Assembly: GCA_024137785.1 (NCBI GenBank)
Contig: JAHRHZ010000144.1
Span: forward strand, 43,095,514 to 43,159,513
DNA from: Ginglymostoma cirratum
Taxonomy: Eukaryota
DNA length: 64,000 bases
Direction: 5' to 3'
Numbering within the stretch: the stretch's first letter is position 1; every line of letters starts with the position of its first letter. The notes under the pieces were generated by a model. It saw nothing but the letters and a program-made list of their open reading frames with translations. It did no database searches and had not been told where the DNA came from. Shown here one piece after another: positions 13,536-25,369 of this stretch. A program made the position numbers and the translations under genes.

Positions 13536-14268
13536 GGGTGCTTTGCAAGGTCTCTGGGGAAGATGAAAGGGGGGTGAGGGGCTTCCTCTGATGGGCATTG
13601 GACCAGAAAGTGAGATGTGCCCCCTTGCCTGACTTCAACCGACCTGTAAATGTTGCTGAGCAACCCCCTTACCCATGCTTACCCATACAATGGGTAAAGT
13701 GTGCTGAGAGTGAGATGAGACTCATACATGGCCATTAATAGGCCATATTAGGGCCTTAATAGGCCCAAGGGCAGCCAGGCAACCTGACCTCCACTAGCCC
13801 CCTCCATAAAATAAGAGATTGGTCAGGAGTTGGTAGGAAAGCATCAGGTAGGTCAGATGCCAACTCCCAATATTTCCCAACTGCGAGCACAATGACAAGG
13901 AAGTGTAAAGTCTAGCCAAGGAAGTTAAATGTCTAACTTTAATTAAATTGCATTAAAATAGACAGCCAGTGAGTTCCATCCTCTGTGCATATCTTCATGC
14001 ATTCATCAAACAGTTGTTATAAGTTCTAATAGAGAAGGGTGCAAACAGTTTCAAGAACTGATTCATCCTACATTGCAGGGATTGCAATGTTTTCTCTGAA
14101 TGCATTCAACAGTGATAATGAGACAAAGGATGATTCTCATTGTTCATGATTTTAATCGAAATCCTTTGAGAGAAAGGATTTCACTAAGTAAGATCTGCTG
14201 ATCAAAAACAGTACCCTTGCTGCCTTATCCAGGAATCTCTTAAAGGCTTAATGAGACAGCATTCCTAA

Positions 14269-14992
14269 ATGTGGAGGCACTGGTATTGGACTGGGATGGT
14301 CAAGGTCAGAAATCGCACGATGTCAGGTTATAGTCCAACAGGTTTATTTGAAAACATAAGCTTTCGAAGCCTCTCTCCTTCTTCAGGTGTTAGTGAGGTG
14401 GTATCCGACACAGAATATATAAGTAAAAGATCAAAGCGTCACACCACTGATGAGGATGTATTAAACAAGCCTAAGATGCTGTTCAACCTTTAATCAGTTA
14501 GAAGGTTTTAATTGATTAATATGTATATGTATATCCCCAAATTCCTTTCAAGTCACTGCCCTGAGAGAACTAAAGGTTTTATCACTATAAAGAAGAGGTG
14601 ACATTATAGATCAGACAATGCATGTTAAATGTGAGGCCTTCTTTTGAATCTGTTGGTATTTTTGTTTGGAGTCAGACTGGAGTCTGACCTAAAATGTCAC
14701 CTCTTCTTTACACTAATAAAACCTTTAGTTCTCGAGGGGCAGTGACTTGAAAGGAATTCGGGTATTAAGATAGGCATATTAATCGATTAAAACCTTTTAA
14801 CTGATTAAATATTTAACAGCATCTTAGGTTTGTTTAATACATCATCATTAGTGGTGTGACCCTTTGATCTTTCACTTATAAATTCTGTGTCTGATACCAC
14901 CTCACTAACACATGACCAAGGAGCAAGGCTTCGAAAGCTTGTGTTTTCAAATAAACCCGTTGGACTATAACCTGGTGTCGTGTGATTTCTGA
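14269..14992. mobile_element. Inverted pair of Penelope-like terminal repeats (family P3); arms 14306-14616 and 14682-14992
   Basis: The arms are reverse complements (e.g. CAGGTTATAGTCCAAC.GGTTTATTTGAAAAC vs GTTTTCAAATAAACC.GTTGGACTATAACCTG). The minus strand of the left arm has a CTGAAGA...GAAA core at 14362-14386. Confidence 0.8.
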
Positions 14993-16864
14993 TGCTTTCC
15001 TAAAACCACGCATCAGTAGGAACAGCAATCTCAACACGACAACCACTGTTTCGTGATTCCTGACTCAAGTCAAGGATTTTAATTTTCTGAGGTAGTTTAT
15101 TCATGTATGTCTCTTGGCCACAACATCTGTCTCCTGTTCTTTAAATTTCAACTTGTCATCTACTTTGATATTTGATACCTAAGTACTTAAACTTAGTAAC
15201 TATTTCATTGCCCATATCATGAATCTTCATGGGAACAATATCGTCCCCTATTCCAAATCAGCAACGAGAAACAGTTGTAATTTTGAAAATCTAAGCAGTT
15301 ATGTAACTTGATTCAGCACTAGAACATTTTTCTTGTCTTCTTTAAGCCATCAACTTGTCAGTTGGTAATGTTCAATCAACCAGTTCCTAATGTAGTTGCA
15401 TTTTGTAATGACAAGCAAGATTTCATTATAAAAGTATTGGAGTGTATCAGGGATCTCCTTAAGCAAATTTGATGCAGTAGCCCAATGTTTCCTGTTTAGA
15501 ATTGCATGTCTTCATGCCATTTTATATTCCTATAGAATTTTTATTGACAAGTGTGCTCCTCCCTGCATGATTTCTGCAGAGTTTACGAGACTGTAAGACA
15601 AAGGAGCAGGAGAGTTATTTTACTAATAAAAGATATTGAACTAACTGGCCTATAGTTACTCTTTTATATTAGTTTCTCTAACACCTCTTCTCTAGCAACA
15701 GTTACGTATTTATTTCCCCTCCTTCCTTTACCCCTTGCTTATTTAATAATTTTGGACTGTTAGTAGTGTCTTCTACTGTGAAGGCTGATGCAAACTATTT
15801 ATCCAACTTGTCTGTGCAATTTAAATATTGCAATATAATGGCAAGACAAAAACAGAAACACTGTTGTATAGTACATGGTGAATTCCTCTAACGTTCTAGA
15901 TCGCTATCAGAGTATATCCTAAAGTAGTAACAGGTACCCTGGGCACTTATAGCTTTTCATGAAACATGTGCCCTATTGATCAATTAAATACTTAATGTAT
16001 ATATGTACCATGTAATTTGCAAGCATCTTTTTCTTACACTGTCACTCCTTTTTATTAGAGAACTTTGTATGTTAAACAAAAATACTCTATAACGTTAATA
16101 TATGGCAACATTCTCACTGAAGTATTAACTGAGATAATATACAATAAATTATTATATTCCAAGATTTCCACTGAACATATTATTAATTGCTTAAACTGTT
16201 CTAACCTGAATTCAATTGTATATATTTAAAATCAAATCCATTGTATTCACTTTATGATGTCAGTTGAGTTGTATTATTTGAGTTTAGAGTTGGAATGGAT
16301 AGATATATATTAAATATCATGTATAGCTCAAGTGGTTTGCAAAGAATTTTATAAAATGTGACTTAAAGTCTGATATAGAGGATTTTGTGAAGACAGGCCC
16401 TAGTGTGTTCCTGTCCATATGTGACTTGAAACCAGAGAGAAAAGATAGGATTCCAGAGTGGACAATTAAACAAAACAGCAAGTGATCCATAACCACTTAG
16501 GTGTGTGAAACTATGTAAGCTACCACAATGAGCATTTGAGATAAAACTGAACATTTTATGGTTTACTCTGTCACATATTCTTCATCTCTTGCAACTGAAA
16601 TACACATTAAATGATTTATGTAAAATTCATTGCTGAAATAATGAAACTTGAGTGGGTCATCTAATACTGTATTTACAATGACATGCTCCATAAGCACAAT
16701 GAATGTTTCCAATTACTATTTTTGAATCTATTTTGGATTGATGCAGAACATTCCAATGCAGAAATCAATGTGGTAAATGCTGTGGCTGCTGTAGTGAACA
16801 GAACAATCTACTTATGTTTTTGGGATGTAAAAAGTGCTATGTAAGAAATAGGCGCAGTTTACTT

Positions 16865-17305
16865 GAGTGAAACACTTTTGCCACCTAGTCTGAGGACTGC
16901 TGTTTTTATTCTCAGTCCAGGACTTGAGTATATAATCTGTTCTGACACTGGCTGACACTTCATTGCAGTCTTCAGGGACTGTTCTACTATTTAGAAGTGC
17001 CATCTGTTAAGTAAGATTGCAAAATTGGGACCTGTCCACCTCTCAGCTGAATGGACATGATTGCTTAGCTCTGTGTGAAGAAGATCAGGTGAGTTCTTCT
17101 CATGTGCTGGACCACATACCATGACCAACATTGCTACATAAAATATCTGATCATTATCTTATTGTTATTTGAAGGTCATTACTTATCTTATTCGCTGACA
17201 AAACAACTTAGGATGCATCTCACAAATATTTCGTTCACTGTAAAATACTTTGGGATGTCCTAAGGTTAAGAAAGGCTTTAGAAAAACTAAAAGTTTGTTC
17301 TTTTT
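16865..17305 (+). mobile_element. Old DeuSINE-type (SacSINE1-like) SINE with L2-type tail
   Basis: Decayed tRNA head, central GAAGAAGATCAGGTGAGTTCTTCTCATGTGCTGGACCA resembling the Deu domain, and tail CTGTAAAATACTTTGGGATGTCCTAAGG...GAAAGGC. Confidence 0.6.
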
Positions 17306-18193
17306 AAGTTGAATACAATCCATGAGTGGAAGTGAGTATATGATTTATTAATAATGTGCAGCTCTTACACCAGTCAAACATATGTTCAGCAATTTCACTT
17401 TTCTCGTTGTGAGAATCATGGTATCATAAAGTTGTGTCCCAGATGTGTAGTGCCAACGATCATTTCACTATACATCACTTGGTGGGTTGTCTTTAGAGAA
17501 GATGCATTGAAGCAGTATAGTGGTTATGCTTTTTAATTTCCTTTAGTGGTTGTGCTGTTTTGGTACTTTTTACAGCTTAATTGTTTGCTTTTACCAGGTT
17601 TTTCTGTTTGTGATTTGAGGGCTTGCGATCTTTTTTGTTTTGTTTTCTGATGTCAGAGAATGCCCAACAGCAGTTATTAAGGCAGAATTCCCATGGTTAC
17701 TGCTGATGCGCTCCCTGGTCCTGAGAGCAAATTCACAGCTGGTTGATTTATTTTTTAAAATGTTGACAGCTCACAGGAATATGTTTATGTGAAGGTTTAT
17801 ATTTTCTACATCCAATGAATTTGAGATAAAATTTTATTTTCTAGCAATATACTATAAAAATGTTCATTTTACATAGGCCATTGCCACTTTTCATATTTTA
17901 TATACTGTATTATAGGCTATAATGAAAACCTAGCACCTTTGAGTGAATTCTCAATCATATTTTGAATTATTCTAAGGAATCATTTCATTAGGTGGGCTAT
18001 TTTGGTTAGTAAGATGCATCTAATATCTCAGTGTTCCAGGTTTTGTTTTAATCAAACTCTGTGATATAGTTTCATAATGTATACTGCATATATATTAATA
18101 CATATAGGACCATGAATATTTAATTTGTTCATGAGAGAGGCTATTAAAAGTACAGTACCTTTTTGACTGGAATGTAAAATAATGGAATATATA

Positions 18194-18232
18194 ATTGCAG
18201 CTGGACAAATAGGCATATTGTCCAGCTGCAAT
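18194..18232. repeat. Perfect 15-bp inverted repeat with 9-nt spacer
   Basis: ATTGCAGCTGGACAA (18194-18208), ATAGGCATA, TTGTCCAGCTGCAAT (18218-18232). Confidence 0.95.
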
Positions 18233-19379
18233 ACACCATCGACCAGAGGGATATCAGTATTGGTCCAGGATTTTAGTATACTTTGGATTAGAGCGGATCT
18301 TTGGCAAAAGGAAGGTTAACCAGATTTCAGCTCCCATAATCGTTCCCCATCTCCCACTTTTCCCCCCATTCATTCTGTTGGCACTTTATACACTCTCTCT
18401 GGCCGTCATTCACCTAATTCCAAACACTGATTCCCAAGTTTGAGGTACAGAGTTGTATTTTCTCAGAAAAAGAGCATGATTTTCAAATAGGTAGGAACTT
18501 TCTCTCAACTTCAAGGATGATAGTGTGTTATGGCTGTATAAAGTCCTCGGAGCCCCTCAATCCTGATGCTGATTGAGTTTGTTCACTCTCCTAGAGCTTT
18601 AGAGCACCTGTTACTCTAATATTAAATGATGATCCCTTGACTCTGAGGTGTGAAGAGATCTTCAAACAAAATTCACTCCTTTACCTTCAGACTTTGGTAT
18701 CAATCGGACACCCATTCTGCTTCTTTGCAGCCTCAGGTTCTGTTCCTGCATCACATGTTGCAGTGTCCTAATTTTAGGACCCGCCACCCATCCATATCCA
18801 TTCTCCATATTTCAGTGCTTCCCGTTATAAGCATGTGAGCATATTTGCAGGTTGTTCATGTGGTATGAATTTCAGGGTTTCAAGTATTCCATTACTTGTG
18901 CTGGACCTCAAATCGTTGGATATAGAAAATATAAACCTTCACATGAATATTTTCCTGTGAGCTGTTAAAAATTTTTAAAAATAAATCCCCCAGCTGTGAT
19001 GCATTATGTGATGTTTCAGTGTACTGAACTGATGTTATAATTTGAGACACATCAAAGACTGAATCTTTCTCAGGTTCTCATGTTTGCATTACGAGATCCT
19101 GGTACTCACCAATCTTTTAGTGAATTTGTTTGAAAGTTCCAAGTCTACGATCATGCATTAATGGCTTCAACTCTGAAAAGGGCTCATATAACAGGAAATA
19201 AGCTCAAAAAGTAATATACAAAACTGATAATGTTGTGAACTGATCCAAATAGCTGAATATCATATTATCAAATGATGCAATAAGAGATAGAGAGTATTTT
19301 TTTAAAATGGAAAATCAGCTTTGCTTTTTTTCCAAAAAAAAAAGGGAAATCTTTTTTGAAAAAGGGACTGAATCAAGCT

Positions 19380-19860
19380 CTTAAATGGATCTGGAAGAGT
19401 GTAGGATTGTTGTTATCACTACTCTGCTATAAGATTGCTGCAGGCTGCCTGTCTGAAATTCAGACATTTTTCAGTTCCACCTATGATACTTGAAGTGAAA
19501 TATGTGCATGACTGTACAGGACAGAATTTCCAACAGTGAAATTCTCAAGTATGACAAGACTGCACTGAACCATGCTAAAGAGTGCACAGCTGTCTTGATC
19601 AGATTGTGCATGTGAGAGACTTCAGAATGCCAAAAATAATCCTCTGCAGGGAAGTGTGACAGGATAAGCAGAAGTGAAGTGGGAAGCAAAAGAGATATAA
19701 CAACATACTTCAACACAACCTCTGCGTCATATCAATGTGAACAGCTGGGAAAATATTTGGCTGATCTCACACAAATTGATCAACAAATGCAGAGGTATAT
19801 TCAGTGGGATTAGCACAAGTGTGTTGAAAATATCAATAGTATCATATGTTTTATTCCAGA
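19380..19860 (+). mobile_element. Decayed RTE-clade LINE C-terminal fragment
   Basis: Broken translation QDRISNSEIL... DFRMPKIILC...GKQKRY, matching the RTE pattern 'W.DRI.N.EVL...R.PK..LYG....R..G....RY'. Confidence 0.6.
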
Positions 19861-20226
19861 TGAAAGAGAATATAACATTTTCTTGACAGTCAATATATTA
19901 ACTTCACTAAGTCTGTGTGACAGTGTTATTGACTAGAAACCTAACTGAATTGGTTATGTAAATACTGTGGTTATAAGTACAGATCAGAGACTAGCTACCC
20001 AGTTTCCCTGTTGTGGGCTGTGTGACTTGAGAGTTGGGACTGAAACTGAGTAAAGTTCCTAGCTCTGTTGGCAGGCTGCTGGGAGGTTTAATTTTATGGT
20101 TCCCCAACCCTTAATTAGGCTTGTAGCCCACTTTGACAGACCAAACGTAAGAGTGGAGGTGCGCAGGCTCTGACGCAGGCAGGTCAAAAGGCCTTTAAAT
20201 ATTCACAACACATTAGCCTGGATGAA

Positions 20227-21027
20227 ATTGTATCAGTGCTACACCTGCCCCCACACCTCCTCTCTCACCCCAATCCCAGGCCCCAAGAAGAATTTCCACA
20301 TCAGGCAGAGGTTCACTTGCACATCTGCCAATGTGGTATACTGCATCCGCTGCACCCGTTGTGGCTTCCTCTACATCGGGGAAACCAAGCGGAGGCTTGG
20401 GGACTGCTTTGCAGAACACCTGCGCTCAGTTCGCAACAAACAACTGCACCTCCCAGTCGCGAACCATTTCAACTCCTCCTCCCATTCCTCAGATGACATG
20501 TCCATCCTTGGCCTCCTGCAATGCCACAGTGATGCCACCCGAAGGCTGCAGGAACAGCAAATCATATTCAGCCTGGGAACCCTGCAGCCCAATGACATCA
20601 ATGTGGATTTCACAAGCTTCAAAATCTCCCCTCCCTCAACCGCATCCCAAAACCAGCCCAGCTCATCTCCACCTCCCTAACCTGTTTTTCCTCTCACCTC
20701 AAGCCACACCCCCATCTCCTATCTACTAACATCATCCCGCCCCCTTGACCTGTCCGTCCTCCCTGGACTGACCTATCTCCTCCCTACCCCCCTACCTACA
20801 CTCACCTTTACTGGCTCCATCCCCGCCTCTTCGACTTGTCTGTCTCCTCTCCACCTATCCTCTCCTCTATCCATCCTCTATCCGCCTCCCCCTCTCTCCC
20901 TATTTATTTCAGAACCCTCTTCCCCTCCCCCATTTCTGATGAAGGGTTTAGGCCCGAAACGTCAAGTTTTCCTGCTCCTATGATGCTGCTTGACCTGCTG
21001 TGTTCATCCAGCCCCATGCTTGTTATC
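20227..21027 (+). mobile_element. 5'-truncated Penelope-like element (family P1): GIY-YIG endonuclease domain plus pseudo-LTR, flanked by a TSD
   Basis: ORF 20222-20680: CYTC..FTCTSANVVYCIRC..CGFLYIGETKRRLGDCFAEH..PVANHFN..E..LGTLQPNDIN. Direct repeat TTAGCCTGGATGAA at 20213-20226 and 21028-21041. Confidence 0.95.
20933..20966 (+). ncRNA. Minimal type I hammerhead ribozyme motif in PLE pseudo-LTR (putative)
   Basis: CTGATGA (20936-20942), A, GGGT/TTAG/GCCC stem II, GAAA (20956-20959), then CGTC, with predicted cleavage after C20963. Minimal HHR motifs are an established feature of PLE pseudo-LTRs. Activity cannot be shown from sequence. Confidence 0.6.
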
Positions 21028-21280
21028 TTAGCCTGGATGAATACATGACAAACATTGACTTGTACTGGGAAGACCTCAATGTATTGAAATGAATTTAAAA
21101 GAACTTCTAAAGTATTGAAAAAGTCTGATAAGATTTAAATTTGACCCCAGAACTGCTTATCTCCACAGGTGTCTAAACTGAAAACAAAAGCAATCAAAAG
21201 TGCTTACAAAATTTTGTAACCTATTTAGTATTCTTCTCTTACCACGCCATGGACCTGTTGTAAAACTGGCAGTTGCTTTA

Positions 21281-21510
21281 CAGAGATAAAAAGGTACTGC
21301 AGATGCTGGAGAATCCGAGATAACAAGCATGGGGCTGGATGAACACAGCAGGTCAAGCAGCATCATAGGAGCAGGAAAACTTGACGTTTCGGGCCTAAAC
21401 CCTTCATCAGAAATGGGGGAGGGGAAGAGGGTTCTGAAATAAATAGGGAGAGAGGGGGAGGCGGATAGAGGATGGATAGAGGAGAGGATAGGTGGAGAGG
21501 AGGCAGACAA
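21281..21510 (-). mobile_element. Penelope-like pseudo-LTR (family P1), inverted twin of 20836-21028
   Basis: 21318-21510 is the reverse complement of 20836-21028 with one mismatch that I could find. Confidence 0.95.
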
Positions 21511-21774
21511 CACTTTCTTCCTGGCTGAAAATCAGAAAATGTTTTGAACACAGTGTCTTAACAAGCCCTCTTAACGATGGAATTTAGTTACTTAATAGGG
21601 ACAGGGCTATTCAAGGCTCACACTCTCTCCTGCTTTTGGGAAGGTAACAGAGAACAGACAGGATTTCCAGCCATGCTGCTTGGTGGCCATTTTGGTTGCT
21701 ATCCTTCCTCCATTGACATCCCACAGAGGAAAATTCTGGTCTGGGTTTTCTGTGACAAGTAACTCACTTTCTGC

Positions 21775-22215
21775 TTCCCCAAATGGTGTCCACAAGGCAC
21801 AAGACAGGAGTGTGATGGAATGTTTTCCACTTGCCTGGATGAGTGCAACTCCAGAAACACATAAATAGTTCGACATCATCCAAGTCAAAGTAGCACACCT
21901 GATCAGAATTCCATCTTATGCTTTCAACATACACAGCCGCCATCACCAACACAGCAGGGGTGTGTACCAGGTTCTGGATGCATTGCATCAGTCTCTGAAG
22001 TTTCTTTCACAGCAGCCTCCAAAACTGCAATCCCTTCAACCTGAAAGGATAATGGCATTTTTGCAACATCACCACTTGTAAATTTTCTTCCAAGTCCTGC
22101 ACCAACCATTGTCACTGAGCCAAGGTCTGGAATTTCCTCTCTAGTAACACTGTGGATGTACCTTTACTACACAGGCTGCAGAAGTTCAAGAAGGCAGCTC
22201 AATATCATCATCTTA
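21775..22215 (+). mobile_element. Decayed family B LINE 3' fragment
   Basis: CACAAGGCACAAGACAGGAGTGTGATGGAATG..CCACTTGCCTGGATGAGTGC and TTCAAGAAGGCAGCTCA align with 4310-4755. Confidence 0.85.
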
Positions 22216-22239
22216 TCATCATTTCCATATAACCATAAG

Positions 22240-23872
22240 TTTCTAAGAGAGGGATAAACCAACCATGGCTAGCCAAGGAAGTTAAAGAGAATAAAGTTGA
22301 AAAGATAATAAAGAGAAAGAAAATAAACTACAAGGGCAAACTAGTGAGGAATATACAAATAGATATTAGAAGAGCTTCTCTAAATATATAAAAAGGTAGT
22401 GATAGATCAAAGTGAGCATAGGTCCCTTAGAAAATAAATCTGGTGAGACAATTACAGGGAACAGGGAAATGTCAGAGGAGGTAAACAGATATTCTGCATC
22501 AGTCTTTACAGTGGAAGATACTTCAAATATCCCACTAATGCTAAAGGTTACAGGGGAGGAATTAAGTACCATTATTATTGGAGAAGTAATATTAACTAAC
22601 ATAATGGGGCTAAATACAATTTAGTCCCCAGGTCCTGATACCTTGCATCTCAGAATCCAAAAGAAGTAGCAGCAGAGATAACGGATACATTGGTTGCAAT
22701 TTTCCCAAAGTACTTGGAATTACTGGAGAATTGACAGTGTGACACCCCTTTCAAAAAGGAAGGCAAAAAGTGGGTAACTATAGGCTGATTAACCTAACGT
22801 GTATTGTTGGAAAAATGTTGGATTGAATGATTGAGGAAGGAATACCGGAATATTTGGAAAATCATAATGTATTCAAGCAGAGCCAGCGTGGTTTAACAAA
22901 AGGAAAACAATGTGTGACTGATTTATTTGATTTTCTGAGAAAGTTTCACCTGGGGTAGATAAGGGGGTACCAGTAGATGTGTTGTATTTTCACTTCCAGA
23001 AGGCATTCAATAATGTACCTCACAAAGTTTAAGTCATAAGATAAGAGTCTGTGGTGTTGGTAGTGGTATATGGACCTGGTTGGAGAATTGGTTAATAGAC
23101 ATGAAATAGTGAGTGGAAATAAAGGTTCTTTTTCGGGTTAACAACCTGTGACCAGTGGGGTTCCATATGGATCAGTGATAGGATGGCAAATGTTTACAAT
23201 ATATATTAATGACTTGGAGGAAGAAAGCGAATGTACCGTAGCGAAATTTGCAAACAACATAAAAGTAGTAAGAAAGGCAGGTTGTGAAAGGGATAGTAGC
23301 AGTTTACAGAAAGATATTGATAGACTGAGTTGACAATGTTGACAAATAGAGTATAATTGGGAAAATATGAAGTTGTTCATTTGAAAGGGAGAACAAAAGA
23401 ACAGACTATTATTTAAAAGGATTAAAAGTTAAGAGAGCTGCAACACCAGACACACTTGGAGGTACTTGTGCACAATGCATAGACAGCTAGAACTGCAGCT
23501 GGTAATCAGGAAGGCCGATGAAATGTTAGCCCCTATTACAAGGGGTTTGAAGTATACAATTTGGGAAGTCTTACTGTGGTTCTACAGGGTGATGGTGAGA
23601 CCATTTCTGGAGCATTGTGAGCAGCTTTGGTCCCCTTATTTAAGGAAAGATATCATCTCATTGGAGGCGGTTTAGAGAAGGTTCGCTAGGATGATCCCCA
23701 GCATGGAGGGACTGTCTCTTGAGCAAAGGTTAAATAGGTTGGGCTCTACTCACTGGAGTTTGAGAGAATGAGAGGTGATCTCATGGAAACATATAGGATT
23801 GGTTAGGGGCATGACAGTGTAAATTCTGAGAGGATGCTTCCTCTCATGGAAGAGTCTAGGAACAGAGGACAG
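22240..23872 (+). mobile_element. CR1 LINE (family A) RT region, decayed
   Basis: IGPLENKSGETI..EEVNRYSASVFT, VTSGVPYGSV, YINDLEE..AKFANN, VRPFLEHCEQLWSPYLRKDI. Confidence 0.9.
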
Positions 23873-24424
23873 ACCAATCAGCCTATTATGGCCTTGTCTC
23901 GAGCAGTAAGGAATAAGCAACAAATGATGACCTTGCCAGCAAGACCCATGTTAGGTAAATGAATTAAAAATGATTATTTTGGTTTTTTTTTATTGTCTGG
24001 AATCGTACAGTCCTAAAGTCTAATTCCCTTTCAAATACTCCTGTGTGTAATGGATAATCATCACAATACCACTAGGATAATGGCCAGATTCCTGGTGACA
24101 CTTACTTCGATTTATGTTAAAATGATTGCGCCTGAGATTGCAGGAGTAGGAATGAGAAGCATTGTTTGGCTTGTATGATGGATATTCAATTTTTCTCTGC
24201 AGTAGTTGTGTTAACAAACATCTTCAGGGTTTTCAGTGGCAAGTTGATATTTGGCATAGTTTGTTTGATTACCTGCCAATTTGTATGCTTCTACAACCCT
24301 CTGTTTGGGACAGTTCAAAAAGTGCAAGTGTTTGCATGAAATCAAAGGAATAACAAATGAAAAATAATTGTCTCAAACTTTCAGGTAGAATTTTACTGAC
24401 CCCACGATGATGATCTTGGAGGTG

Positions 24425-24770
24425 AGAGGCAGTGGTGCAGTGATAATGTCACTGAATTTGTAATCTAGAACCCTATGCTCCTACTCCGGGAACATGGGTT
24501 TAAATCTGACATCTATCTGACAGATAGTTAAATTTGAATTCAAGAGAGATTTGGAATTAAAAGCTAGCCCATTAGCGACCACTGCCAATTGTTGTAAAAA
24601 TCCATCTGGTTCCTTATGTCTTTTGCGGAAGAAAATCTGCTGTTCTTGCCTGATGCAGCCCACATGGGACTCCAGAGTCTCAGCAAAATGGTTGACTCAA
24701 CTGTCCTCTGGGCAATTAAGGCAGGGCAATGAACGAGGGCCTAGCCAGCGATGCCCACAATGGAGAATCA
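24425..24770 (+). mobile_element. tRNA-derived SINE (family S-B) ending in the family B LINE tail
   Basis: Head GGCAGTGGTGCAGTGATAATG...GGGTTTAAATC, body AAATCCATCTGGTTC...GACTCCAGA, tail GGGCAATTAAGGCAGGGCAATG...CCTAGCCAGCGATGCCCACA. Confidence 0.8.
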
Positions 24771-24826
24771 TTTTAAAATTAATTTTAAATTTTCCAAGGG
24801 GCAAGTGGCTCACTTGCTGAAACTGC

Positions 24827-24861
<35 letters not shown>
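24827..24861. repeat. Compound (GT)n(GA)n microsatellite
   Basis: Directly visible. Confidence 0.95.
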
Positions 24862-25369
24862 CTACCATTCAGTACAGCTACATTTGTATCCAAACAGGCT
24901 GAGATTCACATATGCCATCATTCAAACAGTTGGAGAGAGTGCAGAAATGAATCTGTATTGGGACATGATGGTTGGAAAGATGTTCCCCACATTTATTTCC
25001 ACGAATGCAAATAGCTCAATTGAATTGAGAGGCACTGAACCTTGAAGGCTACAAATCTCTATGAACTCTATGCACTCCCAGTATGACTCTTCATTTAGCC
25101 AGAAAGTAGGGGGGAGGCTAATTCAGCTACATGGAGCATGAATTCAGTGGCCAGACAAGCATCAGTGTAATGAGGGTGCGATGTAGTTGAGAAGGGTCCA
25201 TGTCGGTAATAATGCTAGTTAATGTTTGCAGAAGGCCCTAGCCAGCTGAAAGGGCTTATAAACAGCAGCCTCATGGAGATCATGGGGCAAAGCACATCAG
25301 AAGACTGTATGTCCAGGTGTTAACGTACCTGTGTTGAATGCTGCAAAAAGGATTTGAATTCAGTGGAAT

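Noticed and set aside
19049-19057. TCF/LEF consensus ACATCAAAG, tempting given the Wnt target SP5 nearby in other vertebrates
   Set aside because: A single 9-mer with no cluster; expected by chance in 64 kb.
25079-25092. CAGTATGACTCTTC resembles QYDS in the preceding MYO3B exon
   Set aside because: The flanks do not encode VIACEQ or DVWSLGIT and there are no splice sites; a chance match.
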